Part shown: positions 22,413-35,225 of the stretch, in pieces
Layout: every line of letters begins with the position of its first letter
How positions within the stretch are numbered: position 1 is the stretch's first letter
NCBI GenBank assembly: GCA_010093995.1
Contig: ML992516.1
Coordinates: 62,001-110,195 of the forward strand
From: Elsinoe ampelina
Lineage: Eukaryota
Length of the DNA: 48,195 nt
Reading direction: 5' to 3'
Notes under the pieces: model-generated
Seen by the model: only the letters and a program-made list of their open reading frames with translations
Databases searched by the model: none
What the model was told of the DNA's origin: nothing
Translations under genes and position numbers: made by a program

Positions 22413-23531
22413 ATGGCAGTCGACGAGGTATCCATCCAGATCCAGTCCGAGCTACGGCGGTCCGTCATTGAAGCTCTCGCGTCACGAGCGCCACTCCTCC
22501 ACCACTTGAACGCCGACTCCTCCTGGCTCCTTCAGATCCCTCGACCTCATCACGCGCAGTCATTGGGTGGACGCTTTTACTTCAACATCTTGATTGATCC
22601 CTGGCTGTCAGGTGGCCAGTCTGACGTGGCAAGATGGTTCTCCCAACAGTTTCATGCTATACCCTCGGCCGTGCCATCCATCTCTGCGGTCGAGGACCTT
22701 TTACGCAATATAGAATTTGCCACTTCTGATTTGCGACAAGGCAAGAATCAAAAGCCATTTTCCGAGCGAGACGAGGAGTACAAGGACGATATCAGCTTCA
22801 TTGACGCAATCGCTATATCGCACGAGTTTACCGATCATTGCCACAAAGAGACACTACTGGAGATTAATCCAAACGTGCCTGTCTTTGCCACTGAGCAGGC
22901 AGCGAAACTCATACAATCATGGGATCATTTCAGATCAGTACAAACCACACCGAATTATGGCGGAGATGTGCTCGACTGGCGAGCTGTCAGCTTGACGCCC
23001 CTTCCAGACTGGGTGAGCATATCGAGGATAGTGACTGCCGGAGACGCCTTGTATTACCACTCTGCCCTTCTGCTAGCCTTCAACAACGGTCACAATTCCA
23101 AAATGGATGACAACTCTAGCCTTGGTGAATCCGCAGAAGCCATCATCTATACGCCACACGGCATTCACGCTGAGGACCTCGAGGTATTGCCCAAGGCAGA
23201 TCCAGAGATCCGAACGCTTGCTTTTCTCCACGGCTTGCACGATATTAACATCGCACAAAAGCAGCAGCTCAATCTGGGAGCGCATAATGGATTGAAGGCA
23301 CAGCGCATTGTCAAGGCCAAGTACTGGATTGGTACACATGATGAAGTCAAACATGGCGGCGGCTTGATCAGCTGGTTCCTGAATCGCAAAGTGATTAGCG
23401 TGCAAGATGCTCTCGAGGAAGAACGAAAAAGAAGTTTACTTGAACGCGAAAAAGCATCAGAGGATCAAGGCAATATGGCCAGCGTCAATTGGGCCGAACT
23501 GGGGAACGGGGAGAGCAGGGTGCTTGTATAG
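22413..23531 (+). CDS. Metallo-beta-lactamase-fold protein
   Basis: Motifs HLNADSSWLL, ILIDPWL, DAIAISHEFTDHCHKETL (HxxxDH metal motif) and YWIGTHDE in a 372-aa single-exon ORF. Confidence 0.85.
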   Translation: MAVDEVSIQIQSELRRSVIEALASRAPLLHHLNADSSWLLQIPRPHHAQSLGGRFYFNILIDPWLSGGQSDVARWFSQQFHAIPSAVPSISAVEDLLRNIEFATSDLRQGKNQKPFSERDEEYKDDISFIDAIAISHEFTDHCHKETLLEINPNVPVFATEQAAKLIQSWDHFRSVQTTPNYGGDVLDWRAVSLTPLPDWVSISRIVTAGDALYYHSALLLAFNNGHNSKMDDNSSLGESAEAIIYTPHGIHAEDLEVLPKADPEIRTLAFLHGLHDINIAQKQQLNLGAHNGLKAQRIVKAKYWIGTHDEVKHGGGLISWFLNRKVISVQDALEEERKRSLLEREKASEDQGNMASVNWAELGNGESRVLV

Positions 23532-24026
23532 GGCTTCGTGCCGCACCGTGAACGTGGAAATCATGACTGTACGTACGACTCTTGCATTTTCGAGCGATTG
23601 GATAGTTTGTAATTATTTTGCCAAATACCACCATTCCACCATATTTACCAACAAGTGGATCTTCAATCGATAATTACATGCAGGTTCAAGCCAAACCAAC
23701 ATGGTTGAAGGACAGCTCGACCACTCCGCTTCCGGCAACAGAACACGTGCACCGCCGATCTCCCATATTGCTTGGCCACTCACCACCACGTTCCTGCGTT
23801 CCAATCATCTAGTCGGAGATCATTTCATCTGGTCCAAAAGCAAAATGTAACCCCGACTTCGCTGGCCTGCCTATTCGGTAGGTTGGCGGCTGACATGGCG
23901 TCACTGCGCGACATGCTGCATGACAATGTTCAAGGTTTAAAGGTCTTGAATGTCCTGGTCAAAGGCAAGTATCCGGATACCATTGGGCAGGTCTCTACCA
24001 CGAACATTACTCGATCATCATCAAAG

Positions 24027-25621
24027 ATGGTGGTGCTCATCACTAAAGCAATCTTACTAGCTTCTGCCTTACTGCCTCTAGCAAGCTCCACCGCCGTTCC
24101 AAAACCAGTAGCTGAGACGACTTGTGGTGGCAAAAAGTATACCTATGAGCGTCTCGCTGGGTATGGATTCATCGCGGCGGATGCCGTCGACAAGTTCGGC
24201 GACAACCTTGGAGGTCTCGGATCGGCCATCTTCGTAGAGAAGGGCTCGTGGCGACAAAGACGGGACGGAAGCTACACTGGTACCTTGTGGGCTCTCCCAG
24301 GCAAGTTCACCATGATGACAGCCAGAATCACTCATTGACAAATGCGACAGATAGAGGCTGGAACACACAGGGTACGCTGAACTTTCAGAATCGTGTGCAC
24401 AAATTCGAAGTCACCCTCGACCCAAAGCCTCGTGCCACGGTTGAGCGACCATCTGGACCCAATTTCGACCTCAAGTACAAGGATACGATTCGATTCACTG
24501 CGCCTGACGGGCAGCCCACCACCGGTCTCGACCCCAAAGTGAAAGGTCCCTACTTGTCTTTCCCAGGCTTTGACTTTGAGCTTCCTAGCGCCACTTACCC
24601 CGGCGATGGCTTCGGCGGCCCAGGTCCCGGCGGCGAGCGTGTCTCCATCGATTCCGAAGGTCTCGTGATCGACAACGATGGCTACTTCTGGGTCAGCGAC
24701 GAGTACGGCCCCTTCGTCTACCGCTTCAACAAGAAAGGTCGCATGGTCTCCGCCATCAAGCCGCCCGGAGCCTTGATCCCCCGACGCAACGGCACGACCA
24801 GCTACAACTCGAACACCGCCCCCTTCTTCAACCCCGACTTCGCCGTCGATCCCGAAGACCCCACCTCCGGCCGCTCCAACAACCAAGGCTTCGAAGGTCT
24901 CACCATCTCGCCCGACGGCAAAACCCTCTCCCTCCTCCTCCAATCCGCCACCATCCAAGACGGCGGCTCCCGCAACCCCACCCGCCGCAACACCCGCTTC
25001 CTGCAATACGATATCACAAAGACTCCCCCCAGGTACATCAAAGAGTACATCGTTCCCCTCCCCTTCACCACACCCAACGCAACTCGCACCACTGCCCAAT
25101 CCGAAGTCCTCTACGTCTCGGACACCCAATTCCTCATTCTCGCCCGCGATTCCAACGCCGGCGCCGGTCTTGAAGTCACGGAATCGCTCTACCGCCACGC
25201 AGACGTCTTCGACATCTCCCGCGCTACGAACGTCAAGAGCCCCTTCGCCGATGCAGTGGGGGGTCAAATCGCCTCGGACCGCGGGTTGTTGAACGCCAAT
25301 ATCACGGCGGCGGAGTACTGCTCTTTCGTTGACTACAACATCAACAGCCAACTAAACCGCTTCGGGGTCCGCAACGGTGGTCCACCAGGCGAAGGACTGT
25401 TGAACGAGAAGTGGGAGTCCCTCGCTCTCGTGCCGGTGGATGGCAAGGAGGGAAAGGACGGGGAGTTCTTCTTGATTTCGCTGAGTGATAATGATTTTAT
25501 CACGCAGAATGGGTTCTTGAACGAGGGGAGGTTTAGGTATAGTGATGCTAGTGGGAATGATCTCTTGAATCAGGCGTTGGTTTTTAGGGTGAAGATTCCA
25601 AGGGAAGGGAGGAGGGGGTAG
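24027..25621 (+). CDS. Secreted phytase-like (esterase-like activity of phytase) beta-propeller protein (~514 aa; exons 24027-24300, 24351-25621)
   Basis: Signal peptide plus motifs GGLGSAI, WALP-DRG, IDSEGL, FWVSDEYGP, NNQGFEGLTISPDG, EKWESLAL and SDNDF. The model needs the GC-AG intron 24301-24350. Confidence 0.9.
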
Positions 25622-26118
25622 GAGGGATCGTGAGAGAGGGGCCGGGATGGCTGATGGGAAGGGGTAATGCATTGGTGAATTTGGTCTATGTGCTTGTGTT
25701 GGATGTGATGGTCGTGACCGGTCGTGCTGCTGGTGCAAGAATGATGAGAAGCAAGTGATCAAGGCGGTGGGGTGGGTATCTGCTCACTCGCCCGCAACCT
25801 TGACGGTGTCATGGTTACTCCTCCGTCTGATCTTGGAGCCGAAGTGAAACAACATTCAAGGTATTGCCACCACTGTTCGTGGATTATTAAGCATTCTGAT
25901 GTCACGTGCCATTCCGGGTAAGAGCCGTTCTGCCAAGTCTGCCCCACAAGGGTCAGGTCTTTCCCCGTTTTGATTATTCTTTAAATGTCTGCATCCGCCC
26001 GACCCTCTTTCCTCTTCAGACGTTGTCGGTGTCGCATTTCAGATCGGAAGTGACAGGAGAAGTTGTTGAAGGAGATACAAGGAAGTCAAGCAAGTCGAGA
26101 GACGAAAGAAGAGCATTT

Positions 26119-26511
26119 GTGAGTACGTTTACCCATCAGCGATCGGCGACATGCGATTTGTCGCGATAATCCCTGTCGCTTGACCTGCAGCTTCGGAGGG
26201 TACAGTGCGCTGACAAGGTCGCACAGTAGGAGTTCAATATCAGGTTCGTGTTACCATCTGCCACCACATGTCGACCTCGGCGATCATGCGCCCACCGACG
26301 ATACCTTTCTACACTCGAGTCTCGCTCTTTGCGCTCCGTCTCGTGCCGGCGCAAGTTTGCGACCATGGCGCAAGGCCGCTTACAAAAGAGCTTGGATATC
26401 TTGAACGAGATACAAACTTTTCCTCCACGATACAAAACATAGCAGAGATATCGCTTCGCCTACAACTTCACCTGGCCCATCAAAGCGCCTTTTGCTAACT
26501 TCATTCCCCAG
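26119..26511 (+). other. Probable 5'-UTR intron(s) of GIS2
   Basis: GTGAGT donor at 26119 and a GCTAAC..CCCCAG acceptor ending at 26511, 18 nt before the ATG. Confidence 0.65.
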
Positions 26512-26529
26512 TCAGTAGAAGATTTCAAG

Positions 26530-27269
26530 ATGTCTTCTCTCGCCCGTCGCGCCTGCTACAAATGTGGCAATGTTGGTCACTACGCCGAGGTCTGCTCATC
26601 CTCTGAGCGCTTGTGCTACAACTGCAAGCAGCCAGGCCACGAGTCCAACAACTGCCCGCACCCGCGCACCACCGAGAGTATGTTGAAGAGACCGTCACGT
26701 GATTCGGTACAGGAATGCTAACAGACAATCAGCCAAGCAGTGCTACCACTGCCAGGGTCTCGGGCATGTCCAGGCTGACTGCCCAACTCTTCGTTTGGGC
26801 GGCGGTGCTGCTGGAGGACGTTGCTATTCTTGCGGTCAGATCGGCCACATTGCTGTACGTCGACTCGCTTTTTTCTATGCAATTCACAGCTGACAAACTC
26901 CAGCGCGCTTGCCCCAACCCAACTGGTGCTGGCCGTGGTGCTCCCGTCGCCCGTGGTGGTTTTGGAGGGGGCTTCCGTGGTGGCTTCCCAGGTGGTGCTA
27001 ACCGCGCTGCAACCTGCTACAAGTGCGGTGGACCTAACCATTTCGCCCGCGATTGCCAGGCTCAGGCCATGAAGTGCTACGCTTGCGGCAAGCTCGGTCA
27101 CATCTCCCGCGACTGCACTGCTCCCAATGGCGGTCCTCTCAACAGTGTTGGAAAGACCTGCTACAGTTGCGGCGAGCCTGGTCACATCTCCCGCGAGTGC
27201 CCCAAGGGCGCTGATCTCAACGGCGACTCTGGTATCCCAGCTGCGGCTCCGGCTCCAGTCGTTGCTTAA
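26530..27269 (+). CDS. GIS2: Seven-CCHC zinc-knuckle RNA-binding protein Gis2/CNBP/Byr3 (~211 aa; exons 26530-26677, 26733-26854, 26904-27269)
   Basis: Seven CX2CX4HX4C knuckles and an RGG tract. Canonical introns at 26678-26732 and 26855-26903. Confidence 0.95.
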
Positions 27270-30200
27270 AGTGGGTCTCCCATGAGTGTCACCCGAGCAG
27301 ACTACTTCGCATCTGCTATCTTTCTTTTGCACTAAACGATCTGCTTTTCCCGGACCTGGCGTTCTCAACATCTATCATCATCCCAATCACACCAGCACTC
27401 GATATTTGTCAACAGCTTTTCTCCTTGATCTTACACAGTACATATTGACGTCTCTCTACGACCTTTACTCAAAGACTACCTGGCCTCTGCATGCTATTCA
27501 AGAGATCCAAAAAGTACTTTGTTTCACAAGTCCTGCCACAGCACGCAAGGCTCTTTTCCCCACCAGAAACGGCTTCTCATGCACAAAATTTTCTCGAAAC
27601 CTCGTCTTTCTTAGATCTGGCAATTTTATTTTCCGCAGTGCACCACACTCTTGAAGGATATATCCCACGACGGTTACAGGCGAGGATGGTCTCAGGGCAA
27701 AGGATACGAACGGAGTGCTGTGGAACGAAGAGATGCGGAGAGGATCGGAGAAGTCGGGTCTTTTGACGGAGACAGACAAGGATGGTGGCGTGCAGAAGTA
27801 GTGATGATGGAGGCGGTAGATTCAGACAAGAAAAAGTATACCCCCGAGTAGGGCGCAGGTAGTGAGTGGCAAGAATACAGAGTCGTTGCATCCCTCTCAC
27901 GGCATTGTGCCTCGCCTTACTTTCATTGTGACTGTCGCGTGTCCCGCTTCCTGGTTAGGCAGGTCAATCCGCTATGCATGCCGGTTGTGCAATGCACTGC
28001 CGCGAGCACCACTCCCACGTGTTGTATGCATGACCGTTGAGGAAGTGGAGTGGCCGCATTGTCCTCTTTGGGCCTGGGGGCTAGCGTCGATTAGTGAGCA
28101 GGGGGGGCTGGGGGGCTGGCTCTCCTCGCACAAAGACTACGGCCATGTCTCACTGAGGCTGTTTAGCAATTGACACAGGTGTGCGGGATGGGTTCGGGAG
28201 GATATGAGATCAGTGAGTAGTATTTGGTAGTCAGCTGGTGTGTGTGGTCCGGGAGGGATCTGGGAAGAGTCGTCTGGGGAGGGTCTATCCGGCGGGGAGA
28301 TGTCACATCTACCGCTAGAAGCGTGCTCGCTTTTGATGCTTTATTGGGGGTGCTTGTTGGGGAGTAAACCCCTGTCGCCACGTGGAGTGCAGATGAGGCA
28401 TTGCGGCTTGACTTGCATTTCCAAGGGGAGCGCGAGATTGGGTTGAGGCTGGTTTAGCTGATGAAGAGGAATGGTCCAAAAGGAGGGGCCTCGTTCTTCA
28501 CGAGAGGAAGGTGGTTGTGCTGGAGCGTGCTTTACTCGGGAAGCGTAGCGGGGCTTACAAGGGGCAAGTCTCAACGGCTGCACGTGGCGTGGGACGTGCG
28601 GATACCTGTGCTGATGAGAGGGGAAGAACAGAAGGATGCAAAGGGTTCAGGATGAGTGAACACATGGATTCTATGGTGTCGTTGTCTCGAGGACTCAAGA
28701 CTATAGCGGATCTAGGTCCGTGGCGTTGAATGGAGGACACAAAACACATGCTGGACACTGCACGGTAGGAGATCAGGACGGATATTAACGCAGGAGGTGG
28801 GCCGTGCGCACTGCTCGAGGCAAGAAGGAGTGCATGCGCTGTCTAGAATTGGATATTCAGCCGGTCGGAGACGACTCCGCGATACATCGGCTTCTGGAAG
28901 CATGCATATGCAAATTAATGGTGCTTGCTTCTGTGCAGACGTTTGGATTGCTGCAGCCTTGCGGCAAGGCAGGAAACGGAGTGATGAGGTGGTGATCGAA
29001 GGGGAGGGGGGTATCGATTGATGAGCAGGCGGAAACGGTGTGAAAGGAATGGTTGTCCGAGGCCGAGGCGGCGGTGTTGTGGTCTGGACTCGTCCGGTGG
29101 CGGACAATCTGAGCTGAGCCGTGGCTCTTTCAAGGTATTTGTTATCAAATATTGATTTGAGGTTGTGGATGTATCAGCCATCGACGTCAAGATCAGGAAC
29201 AGTATGCTACTGATCGTTCACCAGCCCGACCTTGTGCTTGGTATGCGTATGGTAGTTTCGAAGGTACAGATCGCGACCGTGTACTTGCCTCGGCCTATTT
29301 CAATTACGTCGTTGACGTATCGCTGATCTGAACGTCGAGCTCAATTGCCCAAGTAGGTAGGGCTGAAATCCTCGACCACGAGATGTCCAAACTTTTTCAA
29401 GGATCACGTCGTGAATAGGTGCAGCGCTTCTCTGATGAATATTGACATATCGATAGCTTAGAAATCGTTGATTCGGAATATGATCCGACACCGAACACTC
29501 ACAGGGCCAAGCTGGTGGTGGTGGAGCAACGATTCGTTCAATATATGAACACGTTGCGCTACTCGGAAGTCGCCACATGATCACCACCTAGCGGCGGAAA
29601 AGCGTGGACATGTTGCATTTCAACATGAATGACGCGAAGATCATGCTCACATGGAGACGCAACAAGCATGATCAGAGTCGATAGTCGGCGGAGATGGTGG
29701 AGACGCGGACCTCTCGCGCTGATCGTTATCAGTTGTGTTGCGGCAGAGACGCGGGCCATGCCGTGCATCACAATGAAATATCATGAGCACTGTAACTTGA
29801 CCAGGCTGTGCATGGAGACGATTGAAAGTCCAAGAGCGGAAGGAGAATATCTGATAGAAGCGACTGCATCACCTACTATCAAACCCTCCGGTTCATGACA
29901 TCTTTCCAAGTCATGTGGCTTTCGAAGCTCCTCCTTTCCCTGAGTCGTATCTGCACTCCAAGCAAGGCGGCAAAAGGGCAAATCAAACCCTCGGCGGAAG
30001 AAAGAGCGTTCGGCGCCTGGTCTGACAGCCTAGCAAAATCTTCGGTGACGATCAGCCTTGACGCCAATGAGATGCAGCCCCGAAAGTGAATGCGTGAGAG
30101 TGGTTGCACCAGAGTGGGGTGAGCAATCGTCATTGGTGCAAAGATCTACCCAGGGCAAAGACGATCTTCACTCAAGAACCTGCTCGACAGAAGCCTCTGA

Positions 30201-31411
30201 AACCTCGTGCATCTGCAAAGCATGTCGGCTGCAGCCGTGTGGTGCAAAGACGTCTCGTGAGCATTGAAATGATGTCCGGCGGGCATTGACATGGATCCAA
30301 AAGCGGCATGAGTCGGGAATAATCCCCGAGTGGATTTGTGGGATGTGCTTTGATCAGGCGTAGATATGTAGACACATGCTATCAACAAAATAATAACATG
30401 CAGGTCAATATCTGAGACATGAAATCTGCAAAGAACTGTCACACATGGGACAAGTATTGCTCGGTTTCGGTCAACGCGAGATTCAACCAGAAAATGCCCA
30501 ACGTCCCTGCATGCATTCTGCTCCAGACCCTTTCCGGCGGAAATGTACATCCCTACGGTTGGACTTTGCAGATGCAAGCCATAACATCAAACAGACGGGA
30601 AAGCATGGGATCTTTGCATCTGCGCGACCGTTGTAGTTGTTGCGGGCATGAGATGGGTGCACCGTGCGGCAACCGTTACCTCCCAACTGCTCTCTTCGTG
30701 TTACAGAGACGAGGTAAAATAATGGAGAAAAGATGGTCGTCTCAGGCTATGAAGACCCGCACAGGACGGCCACCACAGCGCAGATCTCGCACGGGAAGAA
30801 AAGACGAATGGCAAGGGCTCTGTCTGGTGAATTCGGGAGCATGACAGGATATCGTCAAGTGACCCACTCTTTTGGATCCAGCAGCTTCTCCGTTGGATCA
30901 GCCGTTAACCAGACGTCATGGAGCCAAGACGACCTTTGCTCCCGTCCGTGCATTTGCATTTGCTTCCTGACGCTACGCTACGCCACTCCCTTTCCCTTCA
31001 TGGCGTCCAACCATTGACTGTCTCTCTGCGGCTACTGTGCCTCTCTCACCTTTCTCTCCAATATCCACCTCCTCTCCTCCACCCTCACGCTTCTACTGCC
31101 CGTTGGCATCCTTCATGCATACGCCCGGCAATTGCCATCCCTTCTCCGTTCTACATTAGCGCACCTACCGAAAGGATTCGCTTTTGTCTTTCTACACCTT
31201 CCGCCCTTGAATCTCTGACTATTTACTTTTGCCGCGGAGACGGCCTCCTGGTTTCGAAATAAATCCTTCTGTCGAGGGGCAACGAATGTCTGTGTAACCT
31301 CACATATTCAACCACTCACCCGCACCCGTACTCCTCTGCGCGTTACCCGTCAAGCTGGCTGGCTCCTCGCGCTAAGTGAAGGCACATTCCTGGCACATCC
31401 CGAATCACATT

Positions 31412-32007
31412 ATGGTGTCGTCCGCTTTCTCATCAGATCCCGTGCCATCTATAATCGCGGCTCCTGACGACAATCCACAACCTCTCGCTTCACCAACTAC
31501 ATCATCCGCTTCGTCGATAGACGAGGGTTCATCTCAACCGAGACTCGAAAGACCCAAGATTGGTAGCAGAAAGAGCAGTGGCACAATGATTATCCCGAGA
31601 GATAGTCCTAGAGTGGAGTTGAAGGAGGACGAAGAAGAATATGACCAGGATGATGTGAGATGTATGAGCCCAAAGAGATCTGCCGAGGAGGTGGATAAGC
31701 TTAGCGAGGATGCAAGAAGCGCACTTATCGAGTGAGTATGTTCGACGTCTCACACAGATCACCTATTGACGCATTCACAGACAAGCCAAACAGCTTCAAG
31801 CAAGTCTGATGGCTATCGTCGACCGAGTAGAGACTGTCAAGGAAGAACATGACAAACTCGAAGGAGGAAACAAGTTCCTTCAACAGTATGTGACTCTCAT
31901 AAACCAATACACAATATGTCTAACAAGCTCACAGATACATCGGCGAGCTGATTCAAACCACAAAATCAGCTGCAGGTAAGTCGAAAGGAAAGTCGGGTAG
32001 AAAATAG
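31412..32007 (+). CDS. Short coiled-coil protein, Slo1/SCOC (DUF2205)-like (~165 aa; exons 31412-31731, 31781-31885, 31935-32007)
   Basis: The spliced product ARSALIE-QAKQLQASLMAIVDRVETVKEEHDKLEGGNKFLQQ-YIGELI matches the SCOC/Slo1 signature. Canonical introns at 31732-31780 and 31886-31934. Confidence 0.85.
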
Positions 32008-32958
32008 TCTGCACCTGCCACCTTTATCTTCACGCCTTCACAACCCCGATCAACCACAACCTAGCTGGCCATCACACTCGCCCAAACATCCACAAAACGT
32101 TCACGAACTGTACAATATTGCATCAAGCTGGCACCACGGTCATCGCCGTCCTGCTGTCAGCATCCACCGCATCAACGACGACTCAATACGCTTAACAACT
32201 AGCGGCTAATGCTGGTGGTATTTCACACTTCTAGGTGTGTCTAATAACGGCCGACCACAAAAATTTACGACAACAATTGCGCCTTGATGATATGCATAGG
32301 CTTTGACCATGCACAACAGCTTCACGTCTGATCGTCCTGCCACTTTCTAATGGCATTCCACAGACATCACTTTCGGGCTTCACCACAGGACACAGGATGG
32401 GGATACCCTTTGCATTTTTGGTCAAGGATACTGCTTGTCCTTACCGGCGTCACGGACCTCTGTACTTGTACAAGAAGATATCACATTTAGTTACCCTTGC
32501 TGATGCCGATTGTACCCGCAATTCAGGCACAGTTGTATCAATGTTACAATCCCAGTCTGACCCTTGACAGTGACAGGTCGATCTTGACGTGTTACTTGTA
32601 GTTGACCCTCATGCATGGATCGAGTTACAGACACCGGACTGGTTTCATCGAATGCTTGCTAACCCCTGCATTGTAAAATCGCGGTGAGCATGCACGAACC
32701 TTCGTTCAGGAAAGGCTGGAAGCTTTGACGCAGCCAATGACGTTCCCCTCGTCGCAGGTTTCATTCTCTGGCGCAACGTGGGGCATTCGACCACTCATCC
32801 CACTATTTACGAGCACAGAGCACGAAAGGGCAGTGCTTTGACAGTACGAACACCTTCGTATTCGATATTGATTCTTCATTTCAAAACACCTGACCATCAT
32901 TACCGCTTGATCCGATTTTCCACTGCCACAACAAACAGCTCCGTCACAACCCGCAATC

Positions 32959-34549
32959 ATGGCAGGCCTGGTCAGTAATGTTCTGGAAAAGCTTCACATA
33001 ACTTCCAAGTCCGATGAACCTCCTCCACCACCAGAGCCGTCCGAGCAGGAGCTGTCCTCGCTGAAGGAGAAGTTTGAAAAAGCTGGGCAAGAGCAGGTCT
33101 TTGCCTTTTACGACAAGCTCAATGCTGGCGAGAAGGGACTCCTCTACCAGCAGCTGTCCAACGTCGACCCAGAACACATCAACAAGATTGTAGATCGAGC
33201 ACTCAACCCACCCAAGGCTGAATCTGAAGATGCAAAGCCTAAACTTGAGCAACTGCCAGACTCTGCTACATCGTCCGTCATCGACAGCAAGAAGGAGGAC
33301 TTGGACAAGTGGTACGAGCAAGGTCTTGAGCTAGTCTCCAAGAATGAGGTTGCAGTAGTGCTCATGGCGGGTGGGCAAGGCACACGTCTTGGTTCCTCTG
33401 CGCCCAAAGGATGCTATGATATCGGTCTGCCATCCTCCAAATCACTCTTCCAGCTCCAGGCTGAGCGTATTTGGAAGGTACAGAAGTTGGCGGAAAAGAC
33501 ACACAACAAGGAAGAAGTGATTGTCCCTTGGTACATCATGACCTCAGGGCCGACTCGCAAGCCGACTGAAGAGTTCTTCGAGAAGCACTCCTATTTCGGC
33601 CTCTCTCGTCACAACGTGGTCTTCTTCGAGCAGGGTACCCTTCCTTGCATCTCCAACGATGGCAAGATCCTTCTCGAATCAAAGTCAAAGGTTGCTGTGG
33701 CTCCAGACGGAAATGGCGGTCTGTACCAGGCTCTGATCACTGCTGGAGTAGTTGGTGATATGGGTCGCCGTGGTACCAAGCACATTCATGCATACTGTGT
33801 GGACAACTGCCTCGTTCGCGTCGCTGACCCTACCTTTATCGGCTTCTCCGCCAGCAAGAACGTCAGTATTGCCACAAAGGTGGTCCGGAAGCGCAATGCT
33901 ACCGAGAGCGTTGGTCTCATCCTCAGCAAGAACGGCAAGCCCGATGTGGTCGAATACAGCGAAATAGACAAGGAGACCGCCGAAGCCAAGGACTCCAAGG
34001 ACTCGTCCCTTCTCAAATACCGCGCCGCGAACATTGTGAATCATTATTATTCCTATGCCTTCCTTGAGAGCATCCCAGAATGGAGCGACCGCCTACCACA
34101 CCATGTTGCACGCAAGAAGATTCCCTACGTCGATACCGAGAAGGGCGAAACGATCAAGCCCGAGAAGCCTAACGGTATCAAGCTCGAGCAATTTGTCTTT
34201 GACTGCTTCCCATTCTTGAAGATGGACGAGTTCGCCTGCATGGAGGTCAAGCGTGAGGACGAGTTTAGTCCTTTGAAGAATGCACCAGGTACTGGCGAGG
34301 ATGATCCAGGTACGAGCAGGAAGGACATCATGGGGCAAGGAAGACGTTGGGTTGAGCAAGTGGGAGGGACAGTCACGAGCGAAGGAGAGGAGCAGGGCGT
34401 GGAGGTCAGTCCGAAGATCAGCTACGTGAGTACCATACTCTGCTATGAATGACGAGGGATGCTAACGATCGTAGGGCGGCGAGGGTCTAGATTTCATGAA
34501 GGGACGCAGCATCAAAGCGCCGGCGGTGATTGAGAAGGAGGATCACTAG
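32959..34549 (+). CDS. UAP1: UDP-N-acetylglucosamine pyrophosphorylase (~513 aa; exons 32959-34425, 34475-34549)
   Basis: Motifs [41 protein letters not shown] and EFSPLKN. Intron 34426-34474 gives SPKISY-GGEGL. Confidence 0.97.
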
Positions 34550-34952
34550 GCGTCAGTTCCGCTGGCAGTAATCTGGTCCTGTCTTGGGTCGTCGACAGTA
34601 GATCATCCTTGCTTTCCAGGGGCAGCATCGATGTGTCATTGCTGGTCGAGTGATATCATGATGCTGGAAGGTGTCGGGTGGATGTTCGAAACAGCAGATC
34701 CGTTCACTGGGCGGAAGCTGAGCAACAATCAGAAAAGAATGACTGTTCATGGTGGACTTAGTGGCCCCTTGATCTAGAGCAAGAGACGCAGTAGTTGAGT
34801 AATGAAGACATGTCCTTTAAGTCTGTTAGTGCATCACTATAGATTTCAGCGATCTTGCAGTGACATGGGATGCCATGGCCCTTCAGAATCGTCTCTCGAC
34901 GAATACCTCTAATCAAAGTGGATCGACCATGCATGCATGCACTTTAGCTTTT

Positions 34953-35086
34953 GACGCGCCAAGCTTTCCCTGCCACGCGACCGCGTTCGCCCCGCCCGTT
35001 TTCGGTAATCGGTTTTCCCAAGAACACCACTACCTCTTTTCTCTAACATACCTCACCACCACCACAAGTCATGCACACGCCGCGTT
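34953..35086. promoter_or_regulatory. Cluster of MCB-like (ACGCG/CGCGT) elements upstream of the RNR-inhibitor gene
   Basis: GACGCG (~34953), CACGCGA (~34974), CGCGT (~34982) and CGCGT (~35081) lie 140-270 nt upstream of ATG 35226. Confidence 0.5.
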
Positions 35087-35225
35087 GACCTATTGACCGG
35101 CCAAGCCAACTCTCCACTCTCTTAATGTCGTAGCGTCAATTCGCCGTAACGAGCACGGCCTGCCTCCCCACTCTCAACCGCATCTACCACATCAGTCAAA
35201 TCTCCACCTCGAATCCGTCGACGCA

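Noticed and set aside
24332..25351. 339-aa antisense ORF over the phytase-like gene
   Set aside because: It is the mirror frame of a codon-biased gene, a typical antisense shadow.
28981..29122. Possible box C/D snoRNA (GTGATGA ... CTGA with a short ACGG/CCGT stem)
   Set aside because: I could not recognise an rRNA-complementary guide, and such short motifs arise by chance in G-rich DNA. It would need snoscan or Infernal.
27300..31400. Telomerase RNA as an explanation of the gene-free region
   Set aside because: I found no TAACCCTAA-type template on either strand in this interval.
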